Shown: positions 36,774-48,180 of the stretch, in pieces
How the letters are laid out: each line of letters starts with the position of its first letter
How positions within the stretch are numbered: the stretch's first letter is position 1
Assembly: GCA_964187785.1 (NCBI GenBank)
Contig: OZ076411.1
Location: 59,148,001-59,212,000 of the forward strand
Reading direction: 5' to 3'
Length of the DNA stretch: 64,000 nt
Origin: Amphiscolops sp. MND2022
Taxonomy: Eukaryota
Position numbers and translations under genes: made by a program
Notes under the pieces: generated by a model
The model's input: the letters and a program-made list of their open reading frames with translations, nothing else
Told to the model about the DNA's origin: nothing
Database searches by the model: none

Positions 36774-37639
36774 ATTGGCGTGTTAGACTCCTTTTCGGTT
36801 GACTTGTCTCAACGAAAAGGGATATGTTTACGCGGAACACTTCCTGAGAAAGAATACGTTTTGCCGTATTAAGCGCTTTCGGAAGCCAAAAAAGAAATTT
36901 TTCCTCGTGATTGTAACGACTAATTTTGATGGAGGAAGTATGTAGCGTGAAAAAGCCCTGATCAAGCCTAATTCTACACAAAAAACACGCCTAGCAAAAG
37001 ACACCTTTAGACCGGAAATCATCAAGAAAAACAACCGGAAGTTGGCGCACAACTGCTTGTTGCTGTTGGGAAACTCAATTACTCGGTACAGAAATCGAGG
37101 TGAAGAAGGAATGTTGAAGTGAATCAGACACGGAAAGAAAGCTTGGAATATCTAGCAACTGACAATAAATGTCATTTGGAATGAGCCCTGTGGAGAAACG
37201 GAGATGGTAGTAATAACGAAAATATAACGGGGTAACTATTCTGAAAAATAAATCTAAATTGTTGTACAAATGTGGAAATTGCAATACCAAAACGAGATGA
37301 TTGTAAAGTCGATTGAATCGAATAAACAAAGGCGCGAGCAATTCTATACGACTGAATGGCAAGGCAAAGGCAATAAGCAATGAATGAATGAATAGCCCAA
37401 TGTAACTTTAGTGAGGTGTGAATTAATCGGAGTGGTTAATTGGAGTTCATGGCAACCAACGAGACAAATCAAGGTACATGTATGCTAATAAAAATAAGTG
37501 CGCTTAGTCTGCCAGTTGAGTGTACTTTAAACTGTCCGTTTGATGCCTATTTGGACAAAGCTGGTAAAAGAAAAATGGAGAAGATATTAAGTAAAATGAA
37601 AGGAAACTAAAATTATTTCGACATAAAAATTAATTCAGA

Positions 37640-38387
37640 ACATGAAAATATTTTAATTTATCAAAAGCATATGATTGGCTGAGTAGTAGTGAGCCATTTT
37701 GAAAACAAAATACGATTACCCACTTGAGAAACGATAGTTGAGACGAAGGTGAGTGGTAAACAACTGAAAGGATGATTGAAGAGGGTTGAGGTGTTGTTAT
37801 GAAGTCCTTGAACCAACATAAGACAAGCACTTGTGATTCCATTCAGAAACAAATTGAAAGGAAAACTTTGTCGCACCGATAACTTCAGAGACACAGCAAA
37901 AGCGGGAAATTATCCCGGGAGAATTGAAAATAAAAAGATTATCCGCAAATCGACATTCTTACTGAGAACGATCATTCTGAAATTGGACAACCTACCTTTC
38001 AGTTGAATCTGACATCAACATTGCAAAGAAATATTTGAAAAAGAAATACGAGATAGACTCACAATTTCATCTTGAAGCTGAAAAAGACTCATTCTACTCT
38101 GAGTTAATCATGATATTCAGCGATGAAGAAGAGACGTCCAGCGATGGTGTCTCGATTGTGTCCTCAGAGTTTGAAGAGAATATGATGGATGTAGAGGCCC
38201 AACTACTAGCCTAGAATATAAACGCCAAGTTATCTACACCAGTAGCTGCTAGAGGAAGGCAGATGACAGTGGAGTACCAAGATGAGAGTGCCCCTGTCTC
38301 CACACCACTGTACTGTGGCCTGCCTAGCTCAGGATGTGATCAACTGGGGACAAGCGAACCAACACAACAAGCCCAAAAGGGGGACAC
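37640..38387 (+). pseudogene. Decayed acidic sense ORF ending at the PPT
   Basis: VESDINIAKKYLKKKYEIDSQFHLEAEKDSFYSELIMIFSDEEETSSDG...MTVEYQDESAPVSTP; several stops; no domain recognised. Confidence 0.35.
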
Positions 38388-39037
38388 AGGGACACTGAGG
38401 CCTGTATGTCCCCTAATAGGAGAACAGGGAAAATGCATCTGGGCCTAAAATAAAGATCGCGATAAAGGACTCAAGGTCTGTAGGAGATTTGAGATACACC
38501 ACTGGTTGTGGTTCTTACATCTTGTTGCGAAGAAGAAAATGGAAGAATGCAGATTCAGTTCAAACAACCTATTTTCAAATTCGAATGAAATTATCGCGGC
38601 AAAGATCATTCCTCTGTAGGCAGCGAAAACGAAAGCCTGAAGAGTAATGAATAAGAATTTTACGATCTGCAGCAGCCACCTTTGTTCTTATTGGAATGCT
38701 CTTCGGTTTACCGGGATGAAAAGCACACAATAGTTTAGTTTGAAAAACACAATAAACACAGTTTTAATTGATAAGACTGGTGTGAGAACTTAACAATTCA
38801 TCAAACAAATGCTGCATTTGTGGAAGGGATTTTCATTGACTTTATAGCTACTTTCAATTGTTCTTTGTTATCAAATGCCGTTGTGCTTGACAGATTGACC
38901 AATTTTGCTCTTCAATTAGTCACTAAAGGTTCAATAGTTGGGGTGTTGAAAAAGGAAACGTGACTGAGTCGACAGTGCAACGAAGCGGCTTCAAAGTCAA
39001 TAACGAAAATATGTGGCTTCGTAGCATATTTACATGT
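38388..39037 (+). repeat. Duplicate of 24225-24875 (3' end of the upstream solo LTR, spacer and catgt)
   Basis: Colinear alignment at an offset of about 14163 bp; roughly 5% different by eye. Confidence 0.95.
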
Positions 39038-40288
39038 TGTCCCAGGCGGCCGCCTGTGATGGCAACATAAAGGCGATTCCCAAAAGAGCGATAGTACCCA
39101 ACACTTCACCTGCCAATTTACCCCTTCTCTGAGCCTAGAAAACTCGCAAATTTAGAAAACATTCAATTACCAAAGTCATGTAACTCTTTTATACTGCCAT
39201 ATTTTGTCTCAACGAGACTGTGAAGTACATGTAAAGTTGATTAAAATAGCTTATTGTTATTGTCGATCAAAATGTCCCTAAGACATTAAGTGACAAAACT
39301 AACCCACCTTATGTGCAGTCTACATTATTGTGTACTATTCACCATGCTTGCATGAAACCGATATTCAGAAGCGCTATTGTAATGAGCATGGCGTTACTAT
39401 TTATAGACAACCTTGGATGGCCTTTGAAGGTGGCAATGCCGTCACTAACCGTAATGCCATCCTCCCTTATATGATGCTATAAATAGCATTTACTCACATT
39501 TATGTCATACAATTTGTGCTCCTTTTAGAGAATGCGAACCTTAAAAGTGAAAGTCATGCAATGTAAGGTATATAAATACCCGTACCTCGAGAGGGGAAAC
39601 AATTGTTACTCTGGCTTGTGACTGAAACATTGTAAACGAAAATCCTCAAGATTATACTTTCATTACGCTTTACAATATCTGAATTGAGTAATTCAACTTG
39701 CCAAGTTACTAAAGTTTCCCAAGATGCCCTCAACGAGAAGTAAGAAAGCTAAAGCGAGGAGGTCACGGGAAGCAGACATAATGTCAGACATAAAGAATAT
39801 GGACGTTATTCTGGGTACTGGTGAGGACCATCAAATAGAAAAGGATATTGATCAAGTGACTAGCTTCTCTAATATGTTAAACAGGGATGAGATTGAGGAG
39901 AGGCACTCCTTAAGAGGTTATTCCTCACAGGATAATGAAATCAGGAATATGTCTGAAAACAGGAATGATCATAGCTTTTCTAGGAACCTAGACATGTTAA
40001 CAGGTGAAATAAACCTAAGGATCTCTCAAGAGATTGGTTGTTCGATAAATGGAGTGAATTCCCAGATAGAAAGTGCGATCAGTTCCGCTATATCTGAAAA
40101 AATCATCCCTCAGATGCAGGGTGTTGTAGACGCTATTTTAAACAGGCAATTAGAAGGTGTCTCGTCAATGTCCAGGAGACCTCAGAACACAGATAGTGAT
40201 GAACGCAATGTGGAAGAGATTAATATGCAAAACAAAAACTCCCGTTCTCGCATAAATTTAAGGGAACCTGAAGATGAGAGTCCTTACA
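39038..40288 (+). mobile_element. Solo LTR (1251 bp), same family as 24876-26125
   Basis: TGTCCCAGG...CCTTACA; TSD catgt at 39033 and 40289. Confidence 0.93.
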
Positions 40289-40341
40289 CATGTATCTCTG
40301 AAAGCATACATATCCCTGTGTGTGAATACAGCATCATGTAG
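39724..40341 (+). CDS. Intact 205-aa LTR-encoded Gag N-terminal ORF that reads out into flanking DNA
   Basis: MPSTRSKKAKARRSREADIMSD...EPEDESPY inside the LTR, then TCISESIHIPVCEYSIM* from the flank. Expression unknown. Confidence 0.5.
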   Translation: MPSTRSKKAKARRSREADIMSDIKNMDVILGTGEDHQIEKDIDQVTSFSNMLNRDEIEERHSLRGYSSQDNEIRNMSENRNDHSFSRNLDMLTGEINLRISQEIGCSINGVNSQIESAISSAISEKIIPQMQGVVDAILNRQLEGVSSMSRRPQNTDSDERNVEEINMQNKNSRSRINLREPEDESPYTCISESIHIPVCEYSIM

Positions 40342-41059
40342 TAAAGTGTTTTTCCTTTCATCCGCAAAGCATTTGGCAAAATTGTATCACTCACAGACTT
40401 TGCTGCGTGAAAAATGAAAAGTTGGTAGAAAATACTATCGGCACGGTTTTGTTCTAAAACAGAGGTCACAAAAAATCAGAGGTCTTGGCTCCCCATGCAT
40501 CTCAAAATTTCCTTCACCGGTGAGGAAACACAGAAGAATGAATTTATCCTGAGTTCAAATACATTTTCCAGCCGGTGACACTGGATGTACAGTGTTCTTG
40601 AGTGAAAGCAGCAGTCGACAGTATTCTAAATGCATCATCAGGTTGATAATGCGCATATGTTCTCAGAAGAGTGAGGGACAGAGATTTTTTCGAGGATATC
40701 TACTGCTAAAAGTTTTTTCGCGGTTACTCTTATTGCATTACTGTGAGTTGCTAAGAACAAAATAAAACTTCACGCTGGATTTTGTTCCGATAACTATCTG
40801 CCTAGTTGACTTTGGTTTGTACGTCCTATGAGGAATAAGATAACGGAATTAGGTTTTTTCAGGAATAATCGGAGGAGGGATTGATCAAATGATGCGATCT
40901 ATGCCGAGCATTAAGTTTCTATACCGCACAAACAAGTATCTGCAATACCGCACTAATTCTGTACTACTTTTACGCCATGCCCAACCATTTGTATCATCAG
41001 TTGCAATTCACAATGATTCAACCAAATCTAAACATGACTAAGTACTCTGAATTCAACGT

Positions 41060-41342
41060 CAGCCTGTTGTGAAATGTTTTGGGCGCAGCAGGTTGCTGTG
41101 ACAACTGCTTAGCTGACCACAGTCTCAACAGTCAAGATAACGTTGGTTGCATCATTCCATTGACATTCGTGAAAGGAGAGACTGACTTAGGTCCCTGCGA
41201 GGAACATGGAAAAGTTGGGTTAAATAGCTTTTTATAAGGGACTAATTGTGATAATGGTCAGACAACGAGAATGAAGAACAACTTTTTGCACACTCGATGT
41301 GATACCATATTTTGTATTGGTTGCAGTGAATACATACACTAG
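41060..41342 (+). pseudogene. Cys/His-rich relic resembling B-box zinc fingers
   Basis: CCDNCLADH...PCEEHGK...CDTIFCIGCSEYIH, interrupted by a stop. Confidence 0.25.
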
Positions 41343-41876
41343 GGTACCAAAAAGCTAAAGCCACTCAATTTGGTTAACGAAAAAAGCGCTTTTGTTGTAT
41401 TCATTTTATTGAAACGTCTTAGGTGAAAAAGTATCGAATATAAGTTTTAAAAGTCGTACACATGGAATGTTTTGAATTTTTTCCAACTTTATCACGCATT
41501 ATCTCAAAAACTACTGGACAGAAGAACCTCACTCGATCATTTTTGTAGCCTTGACACCGTTCTTTAACTTGTTGTCTTTACACTGTTGTAATATCTTCAA
41601 AGCAATAATTTTAAATAGTAAAAAGTGAAGAATTCGGATTAAGCTCTTAAGGAAGGCGTTTTCAGAAAAATTTTTGATTCAAAAGTTAGAGATCTGAATC
41701 GAATTTTCAAATTTGTTGTTTTTGTACGAACAGCGGATTTCGAGATATTTTATTATAAATTTCAGAAAATGCCAACAGTCAAAAATAATCTAAGTGTTAT
41801 GACTTCCAAAACGAAAAATACTTCTGTAATTTTGATTGCAATTTGAGAACGTTTTGCTTCTAGAGAACGTCCTTTT

Positions 41877-42300
41877 CTATTTTAGGGCAAAAATGCAATA
41901 TAAAAGAACGAAGGGGTTGAAGAAACAATTGATGGGTATAACAAATTCAAATGAGTTCTGAATATTTGCCCAGTTGCCCTGACCGTCTGGTGATTGTTGA
42001 GTGACTGTCCAATAGATTTCCAGTGACCAGACGTGCAGGCCAATCAAAGTAAAAAAGAACAAATTTGTCTGATAATATTTGAAAAGTAAGCCACACCAAA
42101 TAGGCTTGAGTTTTTGACATCTGTTTCGGTTCGGTTTCATTTCGGCAGCAACTTTAACGCTTGGCTATAGGTCGAACTTCAAATTGTGTAGGCCACATTT
42201 GAGATGTTAATGCAATAAGAACTGCACAATGCGAAACATTTTCAAAAGACAATCTTTAAATCTCATGAAGCTTTGTTTTCCAAAACTGTTGATACCTTTT
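41877..42300 (-). pseudogene. Possible frameshifted GPCR TM5-TM7 fragment
   Basis: Hydrophobic segments ending FVIPINCFFNPFVLL, similar to a TM7 PINxxxNPxxY motif. Confidence 0.25.
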
Positions 42301-42779
42301 TAACCTTTATAGAATGGACCATTTTGGAGCAACCTTAAGCAGTCTCGACCCGCTCAAAGATGTTGCGAAAATTGCTTGAGTATATATGGACCAAAAATCA
42401 AAATCCAAAACTCTATGTTCACATGAACTTCCTTTTCTGGAACTTCACTCAATGAAAGATGCATTTTTATCTCTAAATGGTTCGAGCGTCAAAGAGCGTT
42501 ACAGAACGCGCTACCCTAAAGGCGCAAAAGTTGAGAAAGCAAATATCCAGTCCACAAATCTTTTTTGGCACTTGAGGAATTTGCCCAGATACACGGGGAA
42601 GACAGGTACACTGCACGGATAAACCAAAACGGGGACTGTTTGAGGCTCAAAAATGGCAAAATCTATTTGAATTCCGTTGAAAAAAATTCCCAAGTCTCAA
42701 TGTTTTTGCAAATAATCAAAGGGGTGATTGGGCTCTAAAAACTTTTAAGGAAAAATGCCCGAATCTTACAGTGACCTTT

Positions 42780-43193
42780 TTTCTTCAGACCACTGATAGG
42801 TCCACTTTTTAGAAACAATCCTGAAACCACCTAAGGCCAAATCCGGCCTAGGCAAACTTAGTCCAACGGGTCCCCCTTTCATTTTTTACTTTTTCAAGGA
42901 AACCTACAAAGCCGGACGGGCCTAAAGGGTCCCCTTTCGATTTTTCGGCACTGTGCGACTTTTTTCGAAAATTTCTTAATGTCTCAAAAGGGTCACCCCT
43001 TCTAGTTTTTTGATATTTTGCAACAAAATGTATGTTAATAAATCCCAAATGGTCCCCCTTTTGCATTTTTCGGCACTGTGCGACATTTTCCGAAAGAAAT
43101 TTTTTTTCGAAAATTTCAAGTTTTTTTCAAAAAAATGTTTTGCGCTTTTTGAGCCTTAGATATAGCGCCGACTTTGGACGTTCTCGTCTTGTT
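42780..43193 (+). mobile_element. Helentron/HINE-like element, 3' part
   Basis: Family core; 3' end cgccgact-ttg-GACG ttct CGTC-ttgtt. The 5' end was not located. Confidence 0.7.
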
Positions 43194-45670
43194 GATATGA
43201 GCTCTAAAGCTGTAATCATCGGAAAACCCAAACTGGTGCTTAAAAAACATCGGTAAAAAGTCAAGTTAAATGGTCTTTTTAGATTTCGTTGTCACTGCGC
43301 GATTTCCAGCATAGTTAGAAAACCCATAATGATAAACTTTCAAAAGCTATACGCTTTTAATCCTCAGCCAGACATGATGTCTCTTAAAATGGGCAACTGG
43401 GTAAACTGATTGCATTTTAGCGCAACAAAATTGATGAATGAGCCGTTTCGCTGAGCTTGACACGGTCGATATTTTTTTACATGAGTGTTTGTCGAAACGG
43501 AAAAACTTATCACCTGAAAGTCTTATTACGGTTCAACCATGCCAACGAGTTAAGACAATGAACGATAAAATTTTATCTAATAAAAAATGTTTATATGTCG
43601 AAAGGAAGATAAAGTTACCCAAGATTCTAAAAACACTGGAACTCGTTGCGTTTTAGCCAAAATATATACTTTAAAACATTCATCTGTTTCACATATGGCC
43701 CTATCCGTGTATTATTTTAGAAAGAATATTATTATAGATACAGTCGGGTTGAAGAACATTGAAACGTTTGGCGTATGTAGTTCATATTTTAACAGAATTG
43801 AGAACTTGGTTCACATGGGTTTCGAATAAATCTTCATATGGATCTCCAAAATCCGAGGGAAAAAGTTGTTGGAGAGAAGGAATCTGTCTGAACTCCCAGA
43901 AAACAAACGAAACTAGGAAAAAACTTCAAAACACCGCCATTATACCTTTTAAACCATTGAGGACGTCTTTGAATTTTTTACATGGTTTTGAATGTTATGT
44001 TGTCTTTAATGATTTTCTAAAACGGTTACGGAAACATATTTCCATGTTTCCTTCGACTCCTTTCAAGCTGCTTAAAAAATTAATCAAAAGTTTGGCCTCA
44101 ATTCGAAACCGTGGAAAATTGCAATTGCGTCATAATTCTATTCTTTTTTAAATTGCGTCATAATCAACTTCATGTTACGGACCCCTGTTTTCACAGCTGA
44201 CCGTATTTTCACAAATAAAAAGTCTATCCTTTGAAAATTCCGTTCAAGCCCATTTTGGCTTACCACTGAGCATGTTCTACGAAGTAAAGTTCTACCAGAA
44301 GTGTGAACAAGCAGAAAAAAGCTGCGGCGTGAACGAGAAAACACCGGAAAGAGCTATCTGAAAAAAAAATTGATGCGTTAGCGCAAACGCAAAATGCACC
44401 ATATTTGCTTCTCATTACTGTAGTGCTATAACCCCAAAATGTCAGCCGTGTGAACCCTGCCGATTAGTGCCCGCGGAAACCCCCAGCTCCTGGGCTGGGT
44501 GGACTGTTACCAGTATCTCAATTTGTTGATATAATGTTTAGATTTGTATGCTCGATCGAGTTCAGCGTTCTTTGATGATTCATGTTGAAAATTGTGATAT
44601 TCCGATATATCCTGAAATTTACGGTTCGTTGTTCCTGTGTCCAGTTTTCCAAAGCTATTTAAACGGCAGGTTGCAATCACTAAGTTTACAAATAACATTT
44701 TGATGTTCCATGAGCAGAAATTTGGAATTTGTTGGACACTCGAACGAAGTTTCGCCCGCGGAACATCAAGTTGCCATTCGCAACTTTTGTGATTGCAACG
44801 TGTAGAAGTTCCACCCGTGAACAAAATTAGGAACGAAGTCCGCCCGCCCGGAACCTGAACTAAGTTTCGCCCATGGAACATCAAAGTGTAATTCGAAACT
44901 TTTGTAATTGCAGCCATGGTGGAGTAGGATCGATTGCCAACTTGGATATTTTGATTCTGATGCATAATTCCCCCAGTTGTTTGTTGGGATTATCTTTTTC
45001 GTATAAAAAAACTGGAACTCATATCTCAATCTAATCAACCAGGTTATCAATTCAAACTGGTTTATCCTTTATTGCATTATTTTCATTTCTGAAAAGTCTA
45101 CAGGAGAAATATTACTGGAACAAGTTCCAATTCAAAAGGTTTAACGGGTTACAGAAATTTGTATGCTGGGTTGAAAAAGCGTGATATAAATATTGAAATT
45201 TGATTTCAATGATTTTAAAAAATAGTTATTTATTGTCAGTTAGATAGACAAATTGTGATATGGATGGAACGAAATAGTTCGAATAAACTGCATCTGCTCG
45301 CATAAAACTGATTTTTTTTTACATTATCAGTTGTGATTCACTTGTCAATGAAAATAAGCTTCTTGTTTCAACTTCACTTGCTCTAACTTACAAGTTATAA
45401 CTCTATAAATTATAACTCTAAAGCGTCAAAAAATAGCTAAAGTACTTCGATAGAAACTATCTAAGATATCCTTTACAGTTACTGATAAGTAGCATAAATA
45501 AACTATCTGTGATTCCGAATTCCATATTCAAAATTAAACTTTCAAGGGCGGGCGCTGGCATGAAAAGAAGGTAAAGTGTCAATGACGTCATCGGTGGTAC
45601 ACATCATCACAATCGACTGTGATCATTAATAATGACGTCATCTTTGACCTATAGTGACATGATGTCAAAG

Positions 45671-46378
45671 TCATCCTTTGTCTGAGAAGTCACTGTGGTT
45701 TTCTGATTTGAGGTCTACTTGGACTTTAGGATCCTGTGTCGTCGACCCAGAGGTTCCTGAAGAAGGAGGTTTACTAGGACTAGATGACAGGTTGGTTGAG
45801 AAATATCTGGCATCTAAGCTATTTCTGTTTCTCTTCTCATTACCCCTACCGCTGTGGTCGGCGGAGGAGAAGGAGCTGTTAGTTTTTTCATCGAAGGAAC
45901 TCTGGCACACTTTGGGTTTGGTGTCAATGATTCCCTGCACGGATGCCCTTTGGTGGGGCAACGGCCTCTTTTTCCTCATTACCGGCGGGGGGAGTGCCTG
46001 AGAAGTTTCCGGTAGTGGAGGCGGTTTGTTTTGCAATGATGAAGGTTGAGAGGAGAACAAGCTTTCAGACAGCAGAGGTTGCTGCTGGGGAAGCGGCGGA
46101 GCTGAGCTCTGATTGGCTGCCGCTGAAGTGCTATGGTTCGCTGATGAAATGGAGTAGGGATCTCTGCTCTCTTCTGATTGGTTCTGCTTGGAGTATAAAG
46201 CTTGGATGTCTTTAGCTAATTTCATCTGTTGTTGCTGAGAGTGAGTGGTGATGTTGATCAATTGGTCCATGTTCTTCTGTAATGTGTTGATCATCTGTTC
46301 CATTCTGTCTAATCTCTCCATGTCTGTAATTTCTCGACTTTTCATCTCTTCGTGAATCAAATTGATTGTATCTTGCGT
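45671..46378 (-). CDS. KCNN: SK/KCNN channel, last exon (coiled coil plus long Ser/Pro-rich tail)
   Basis: Acceptor ttttgtttgcag|ACG, phase 0; joins ...VDMAK|TQDTINLIHEE, matching the SK DLAK-TQN junction; stop at 45671. Confidence 0.85.
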   Translation of the reverse strand, partial: TQDTINLIHEEMKSREITDMERLDRMEQMINTLQKNMDQLINITTHSQQQQMKLAKDIQALYSKQNQSEESRDPYSISSANHSTSAAANQSSAPPLPQQQPLLSESLFSSQPSSLQNKPPPLPETSQALPPPVMRKKRPLPHQRASVQGIIDTKPKVCQSSFDEKTNSSFSSADHSGRGNEKRNRNSLDARYFSTNLSSSPSKPPSSGTSGSTTQDPKVQVDLKSENHSDFSDKG

Positions 46379-46947
46379 CTGCAAACAAAATTGCACATTT
46401 CACTTCCATTGAGAAGTTTTTTAAATTCGATTAATGAACTGTTCAAAATTTAATAGTTTTCAGTTATAATATAGCTTTTTTGTATTCTAATTAAAGCTCA
46501 GCGTAAAATTCTGAGCCTAAACAGTTCCAACAGATATCTCCAAACATTTTAAACATTTACCCATTGTACTAACACTTCTATAGCAAACACATCCGATTTC
46601 CAATCCTATATACCAAATTAGTGATTGCTGCGGTAGGGATGCTTGGAAGAAATCGAATTGCTCAAAACCTTTTTTGAACTTCTGAAGCTTATTCTATTTT
46701 ATCCGTAATCAAATTTTAATGGTGAAGAATGAGAAAACTTTAGAGGACAAACTATGAGACGCTATTTAATCTATATAATTAGTCTCAAGTACCTGTAAAC
46801 ATCTCATTCCTATTTATACTTTATTTAAACTCAGTAGAAATAGCTTGAAAATAGTTTTGTCACAAACTAAATTCTTGTAACTTCACATTACAACATGGCG
46901 CAGTCAGTATCAGTTTAAATGATAAAAGAACCTACAACAGCTTACAT

Positions 46948-48180
46948 GTGGACGACTCCAACAACACTTCCCCATTAACGGGAAGCCAACAAAATCGGAA
47001 AACCGATCAGTCAACAAGCAGCCGATCGCTACCCAATGACCAGACATTGAGGACGGGCGACCGGACGTGTACCCAGAAGTTATCCATACCAAGCCTAAAG
47101 AAATACGACAGCTCCAGTGCAAATCTTTGGTGGCGGAAATTTGTACAATATAGCAAAATGACCAAAGATATTGATCTGTCAATCATGACAAACTCCAAAG
47201 AAATACTGCCACACTACCGAGAACAACTGAAACTGGAGATAAAAGACACCTTCTTATGGGCAATTGGACAAAATGCACTAACAGAAAGGACTAAAACGGT
47301 AAGAGATCGCGAACCCAGCATCTTACCACTGCACAAACTATACACCCTATTCCGTTTACATTTCACTCCCGAGAGGAATGTCCATTACAGTCGAGCCGAT
47401 TTCTTCGATTTAAAAAGAGAAACAAACGAAACGGCTGCAGACGTATGGAAGAGAATACTGGACGTCGAAAAGAACTGTGAATTTGAGAGAATAACAGCAG
47501 CTGAACTTATCGCCTCAAAATTCTTTTCACTAATAAGAAAATCCACAGGGGACTTTGAAATAAAAAAGAAAATCAGAAAAAGCGACATGTCCATAGAAGC
47601 CATTACAGACGCAATACATGAGTACATGTATGAAAAATTGATTGATTCTCCAGAAACAGAAGAAGAAAAGAAAATTCGACACGTAGACAAGAGAAAAATA
47701 ACGAAAAATAAAGAACAAACCGAACGTTATCTGAAGACGAGACGACTGGACTGCAAAAAATGCGGTGCACCCAACTGGTCCAAACAGCATGAATGTCCCG
47801 CCAGAGGAAATAAATGCGCAAAATGCGGTAAATTGGGCCACTATGCAAAATGCTGCAGATCAATGAGGAAGATGAACCACATCGCCGACGAAGAAACAGA
47901 AAGCGCAGATGAATATGACTGGACACCCGACAAAATCCATTCAAAACAGCAAAAAATGATTTCAATGGGAGCAACGAATAAGAACGAAATCCCGTTCTAC
48001 ACAAGAACACTATTGGTCAACAACCGACCAATAAAATTCATCGTCGACACAGGCTCACCGGTAACATTAATACCAAAGTTAAAATTCAATAAAATAACAG
48101 CTATCAAACCGGTATCACAAGACTACCGGGACGTAAACGACAACAAAATAAACCTTAGCAAACATAGAAATCGACGGTAA
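46948..48180 (+). pseudogene. Gag-protease with two zinc knuckles
   Basis: CKKCGAPNWSKQHEC and CAKCGKLGHYAKCC; protease FIVDTGSPVTLIP; frameshifted at the 3' end. Confidence 0.88.

Larger units (their letters stand above)
24876..38387 (+). mobile_element. Decayed Ty3/Gypsy LTR retrotransposon: 5' LTR, PBS, gag, pol, ~6 kb accessory region, PPT; 3' LTR absent
   Basis: 5' LTR 24876-26125 (TGTCCCAGG...CCTTACA), catgt on its left; PBS-like TGGTGACA at 26126; PR-RT-RH-IN order; PPT-like aaaaggggga at 38375-38384. Confidence 0.9.

Noticed and set aside
37075-37380. 101-aa hydrophobic minus-strand ORF as a membrane or env protein
   Set aside because: It is the reverse complement of A-rich low-complexity DNA upstream of the antisense gene; no motif; probably UTR or promoter.
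32380-37900. Independent hAT transposon nested in the Gypsy 3' region
   Set aside because: No TIR pair or 8-bp TSD found by eye and the first catalytic motif is degenerate. Disfavoured but not excluded without sister copies.
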